Below are positions 61,300 through 64,000 of a stretch of 64,000 nt of DNA, in pieces. Numbering within the stretch: the first letter of the stretch is position 1; every line of letters starts with the position of its first letter. The notes below the pieces were generated by a model. The model saw only the letters and a program-made list of their open reading frames with translations, ran no database searches and was not told where the DNA came from. Source of the stretch: Gemmatales bacterium (lineage in GTDB: Bacteria; Planctomycetota; Planctomycetia; Gemmatales; HRBIN36); the NCBI GenBank assembly GCA_041640595.1, contig JBEPZY010000008.1, positions 72,484 to 136,483 of the forward strand, read 5' to 3'. The position numbers and the translations under genes were made by a program.

Positions 61300-62316
61300 A
61301 TGATAGCGACAGCAACTGGCACCACAAATAGACGGAATGGGCTGCGCGTAAGTGTGGTGGCATTATTGCTTATTCTTACAGCAGGTTGTGGACGCGAGCC
61401 TGTCTCGCACGAATCGCCAAACGCGACACGCAATTTGTCCGGCCCGACCACCGGTGCCACGATCCAGCAACCCAGAACCGAAGCCCCACCAGCGTTCGAC
61501 ATCGAGGCAGTGCTGACCAGCATCCCAGAGGATACGGCAACCCTGCGACAACGGCTCCGGGAAGAACTGGATGTGAACTTTACCTGGTACGAGCGGGACG
61601 ATGGCAAGGTACTGATAGCTTCACTGGGCTTCAACAAATCCCTGCAAGACAAAGACCTGATTGCTCTGGCCGGTCTGGAAGGCCCGCTGGAAGTTTCGCT
61701 AACGAGCACAGCCATTACCGACGCAGGACTGGCTTTGCTGGCGCGGATGCGTGCCACCGAACGACAGGGACGCCCACTCCTGGCCGAGATTCACCATCTT
61801 TATCTCAACGCCACGCGGATCAGTGACCGTGGCTTGCCTCACCTGGCGGCGTTCGGCACGTTGCGAACACTCGACCTGAGCGATACCCAGGTCACCGATG
61901 CGGGCCTGTCCCATCTGGCGCGATTGTCGCAACTGCAACGATTGTTCCTGTCCCGAACCCGGATGACCGGTTCTGGTTTGGTGCACCTGCAATCGCTGTC
62001 GGCCTTGCGAGAACTGGATTTGACGGGTACTGCTTTAGACGACACAGGCCTGCAACAGTTGCCTTCGCTCCCGAACTTGCGCAAGCTGGTGCTGCGCAAC
62101 ACTCGCATTACCGATGCTGGCCTGGATCGGCTCAAGGCTTTGCCGGCTCTGGAGGAATTGGACCTCACTGCCACCGGCATTACGGATGGCTGTGTTGCCA
62201 GCATAAAGGAATTGAAACGGCTGCGACGGTTGCGTATCGTGGATAAAACCAAGCTAACCGAGCGTGGCGCCATACAGCTCCGCCTGGCCCTGCCCGACTA
62301 CGTTTACATTGACTGA
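61300..62316 (+). CDS. leucine-rich repeat lipoprotein
   Basis: Lipobox LTAGC; about 7 24-aa LRRs of the form LxxLdLsxTxitDaGLxxL. Confidence 0.9.
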   Translation: MIATATGTTNRRNGLRVSVVALLLILTAGCGREPVSHESPNATRNLSGPTTGATIQQPRTEAPPAFDIEAVLTSIPEDTATLRQRLREELDVNFTWYERDDGKVLIASLGFNKSLQDKDLIALAGLEGPLEVSLTSTAITDAGLALLARMRATERQGRPLLAEIHHLYLNATRISDRGLPHLAAFGTLRTLDLSDTQVTDAGLSHLARLSQLQRLFLSRTRMTGSGLVHLQSLSALRELDLTGTALDDTGLQQLPSLPNLRKLVLRNTRITDAGLDRLKALPALEELDLTATGITDGCVASIKELKRLRRLRIVDKTKLTERGAIQLRLALPDYVYID

Positions 62317-62552
62317 GTGGAGACGACCCGACAGCAGGACTTACCAATTGGCCGGCGATTCTGGTCTTGTCAGATTTCACCGTTCACGTGCTTGAACAGC
62401 TCACACATTGGCATCGGGCGCGAATCTGCAAGCCGAGCCAGCATCACGCCGAAACGTTGCCCGTCACCAGCCAGCCGGGCTAGCGAGACGAAATTGCCAT
62501 CGCTTATCAGGGAAGTCGCGGTCGCTCAGGTTCCGGCTAACTTGTGGCGGTC

Positions 62553-64000
62553 TCAATCTACGTAGAGGAATTCGTTGGTGTTGAACAGAGCGTGGCAAAA
62601 CTCGGCAACGGCAGCCAGACGGAGTGGCTGGCTATGCTGGCGTAATCGCGACTCCCAGTCCGTCGGCAGCTTTTGTGTGCTGGCCAGCTCCGATTCGGTC
62701 TGGCTCAGGAAGCGGAGGGCGAGTTCCGATTCCTGCGGCGTAGGTGGTCGTCCGAAAGCCTGGCGCCAGGCATGTTGCACGAGAGCCTGGGAAGAATCCG
62801 GGTAAGCGTGAAGGAGGCGTTCGGCCCAGGCAAGTGCCCGTTGTCTTACAAATTCTCCGTTGAGCAGGCACAGCGCCTGCGGGGCCGTGGTCGTTTGCGC
62901 TCGCCGGGCACAACTGTTGAACAGGTCCGGTTGATCGAAAGCCTCAAAAAGCGGATATTTGCAATTCCTTTTGACATAAACGTAAATAGATCGCCGATTG
63001 CGTTGTTCCGGCAAGGGATCGGGTTTCCAGGCATAGCGGCTCAGATTGGCGGGTAGTTCGGGCCTGGCGCTGGGGCCAAACATGCGAAATTGCAGTTCGC
63101 CCGAACAAGCCAGCATGGCATCGCGCAGAGCCTCACCCTGCAACCGCCACCGGGGATAATGCCAGAGCAAGCGATTACTGCGATCGATTTCCCAGGCCCG
63201 TTGATGTTCGGGCCGCGATAAATCTACCTGCGAGCTTTGCCGATACGTCGCGGATGTAACCAGCAGGCGATGAATGTGCTTCAGACTCCAGCCGTTTTCG
63301 ACCAACTCCACGGCCAGCCAGTCGAGCAGTGCCGGATGGCTCGGCGGGTCTCCGATCAGACCGAAATCATTTGGCGAAGCGACGATGCCGCTGCCGAAAT
63401 GCTGCTGCCATAAGCGGTTCACGATCACCCGTGCTGTCAGCGGATGATCAGGGCGGGTCAACCACCGCGCCAGTGCAGCTCTTCGTCCGGTGCTGCGTAC
63501 TCCTGGAGCGACAGCTGTGTCGGGAACTTCCTGCGGCAGGAAATGCGGAAAGCCTGGTTGAACTTGCTCGCGTGGTTTACGCCAGTCGCCGTTGGCCAGG
63601 CGGTAAGTCGGCGGGGCAACCGGGCCCACATCGCACACACCCATGACCGTCGGCAGCGCTGCGGGACGCGGCAGGCGTTGCAACTCGGCTGCCAGCTGTT
63701 GATACTTCTCCCGCAACGGCGGCGGCATTTTCGTCGGGGCCTCGCTCATCGCTCGCTGCAATTGTTTCTCCGCCATGTGGGCAATCTGCATCTGGTACGG
63801 AGAACGCTTTTCCGGCGGCGTTAGAACCGCTTGCTGAATTTCGGGCCGGAATTTGCCCAGCGCGTGCTTGCGTAGTTCTTCCTTCTTAGCGGCAACCAGT
63901 TCTTCCATCTGCTGCAACATCGGTCGTGCCGACGCTTCCCACGCCCGCATTTCCTGTTCGTAGCGCTGGCGTTCCTGGGCTGTGGCAGCGGTGAGATCGT
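62553..64000 (-). CDS. DUF1549/DUF1553 (PSD1-type) planctomycete protein, 5' end beyond the window
   Basis: GRRAALARWL...HPLTARVIVNRLWQQHFG, PSHPALLDWLA, RRSIY, PQAL.LLN, NEFLYVD. Confidence 0.93.
   Translation of the reverse strand, partial: DLTAATAQERQRYEQEMRAWEASARPMLQQMEELVAAKKEELRKHALGKFRPEIQQAVLTPPEKRSPYQMQIAHMAEKQLQRAMSEAPTKMPPPLREKYQQLAAELQRLPRPAALPTVMGVCDVGPVAPPTYRLANGDWRKPREQVQPGFPHFLPQEVPDTAVAPGVRSTGRRAALARWLTRPDHPLTARVIVNRLWQQHFGSGIVASPNDFGLIGDPPSHPALLDWLAVELVENGWSLKHIHRLLVTSATYRQSSQVDLSRPEHQRAWEIDRSNRLLWHYPRWRLQGEALRDAMLACSGELQFRMFGPSARPELPANLSRYAWKPDPLPEQRNRRSIYVYVKRNCKYPLFEAFDQPDLFNSCARRAQTTTAPQALCLLNGEFVRQRALAWAERLLHAYPDSSQALVQHAWRQAFGRPPTPQESELALRFLSQTESELASTQKLPTDWESRLRQHSQPLRLAAVAEFCHALFNTNEFLYVD

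Noticed and set aside
1..64000. tRNA, rRNA, prophage, transposase or cas genes
   Set aside because: No recognisable signatures seen by eye; a covariance-model or HMM scan would be needed to exclude divergent ones

Overview
GC-rich chromosomal segment, most likely from a planctomycete (Gemmatales-like). The evidence is the DUF1501, DUF1549/DUF1553 and LRR proteins, the zinc-ribbon SpoVG and the methanofuran gene mfnB. It holds about 46 mostly housekeeping or planctomycete-typical genes: mfnB, ispE, cobA-hemD, spoVG, a Tro/Mnt metal ABC transporter, der, fur, mnmA, ribE, pssA, pfkA and leuB. I saw no rRNA, tRNA, cas, integrase or transposase gene. The most notable elements are: (1) a REP/BIME-like array of 12 covarying hairpins in 370-bp units (8.7-9.8 kb); (2) a degenerate, orphan CRISPR-like 4-repeat array (23.3-23.55 kb); (3) a ~1550-aa vWA/TPR/secretin-like protein with a ~125-aa poly-methionine (PGMMMGM)n insert; (4) an uncharacterised winged-helix + AAA+ NTPase gene pair followed by 147-bp and 65-bp tandem repeats in a ~2-kb gene-free stretch; (5) an FHA / Ser-Thr kinase / pseudokinase-PP2C signalling operon; (6) an imuA-less dinB-dnaE2 cassette preceded by two candidate LexA boxes; (7) twin DtxR/MntR-type operators upstream of the metal transporter. 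All family assignments come from motifs recognised by eye; no database searches were run.
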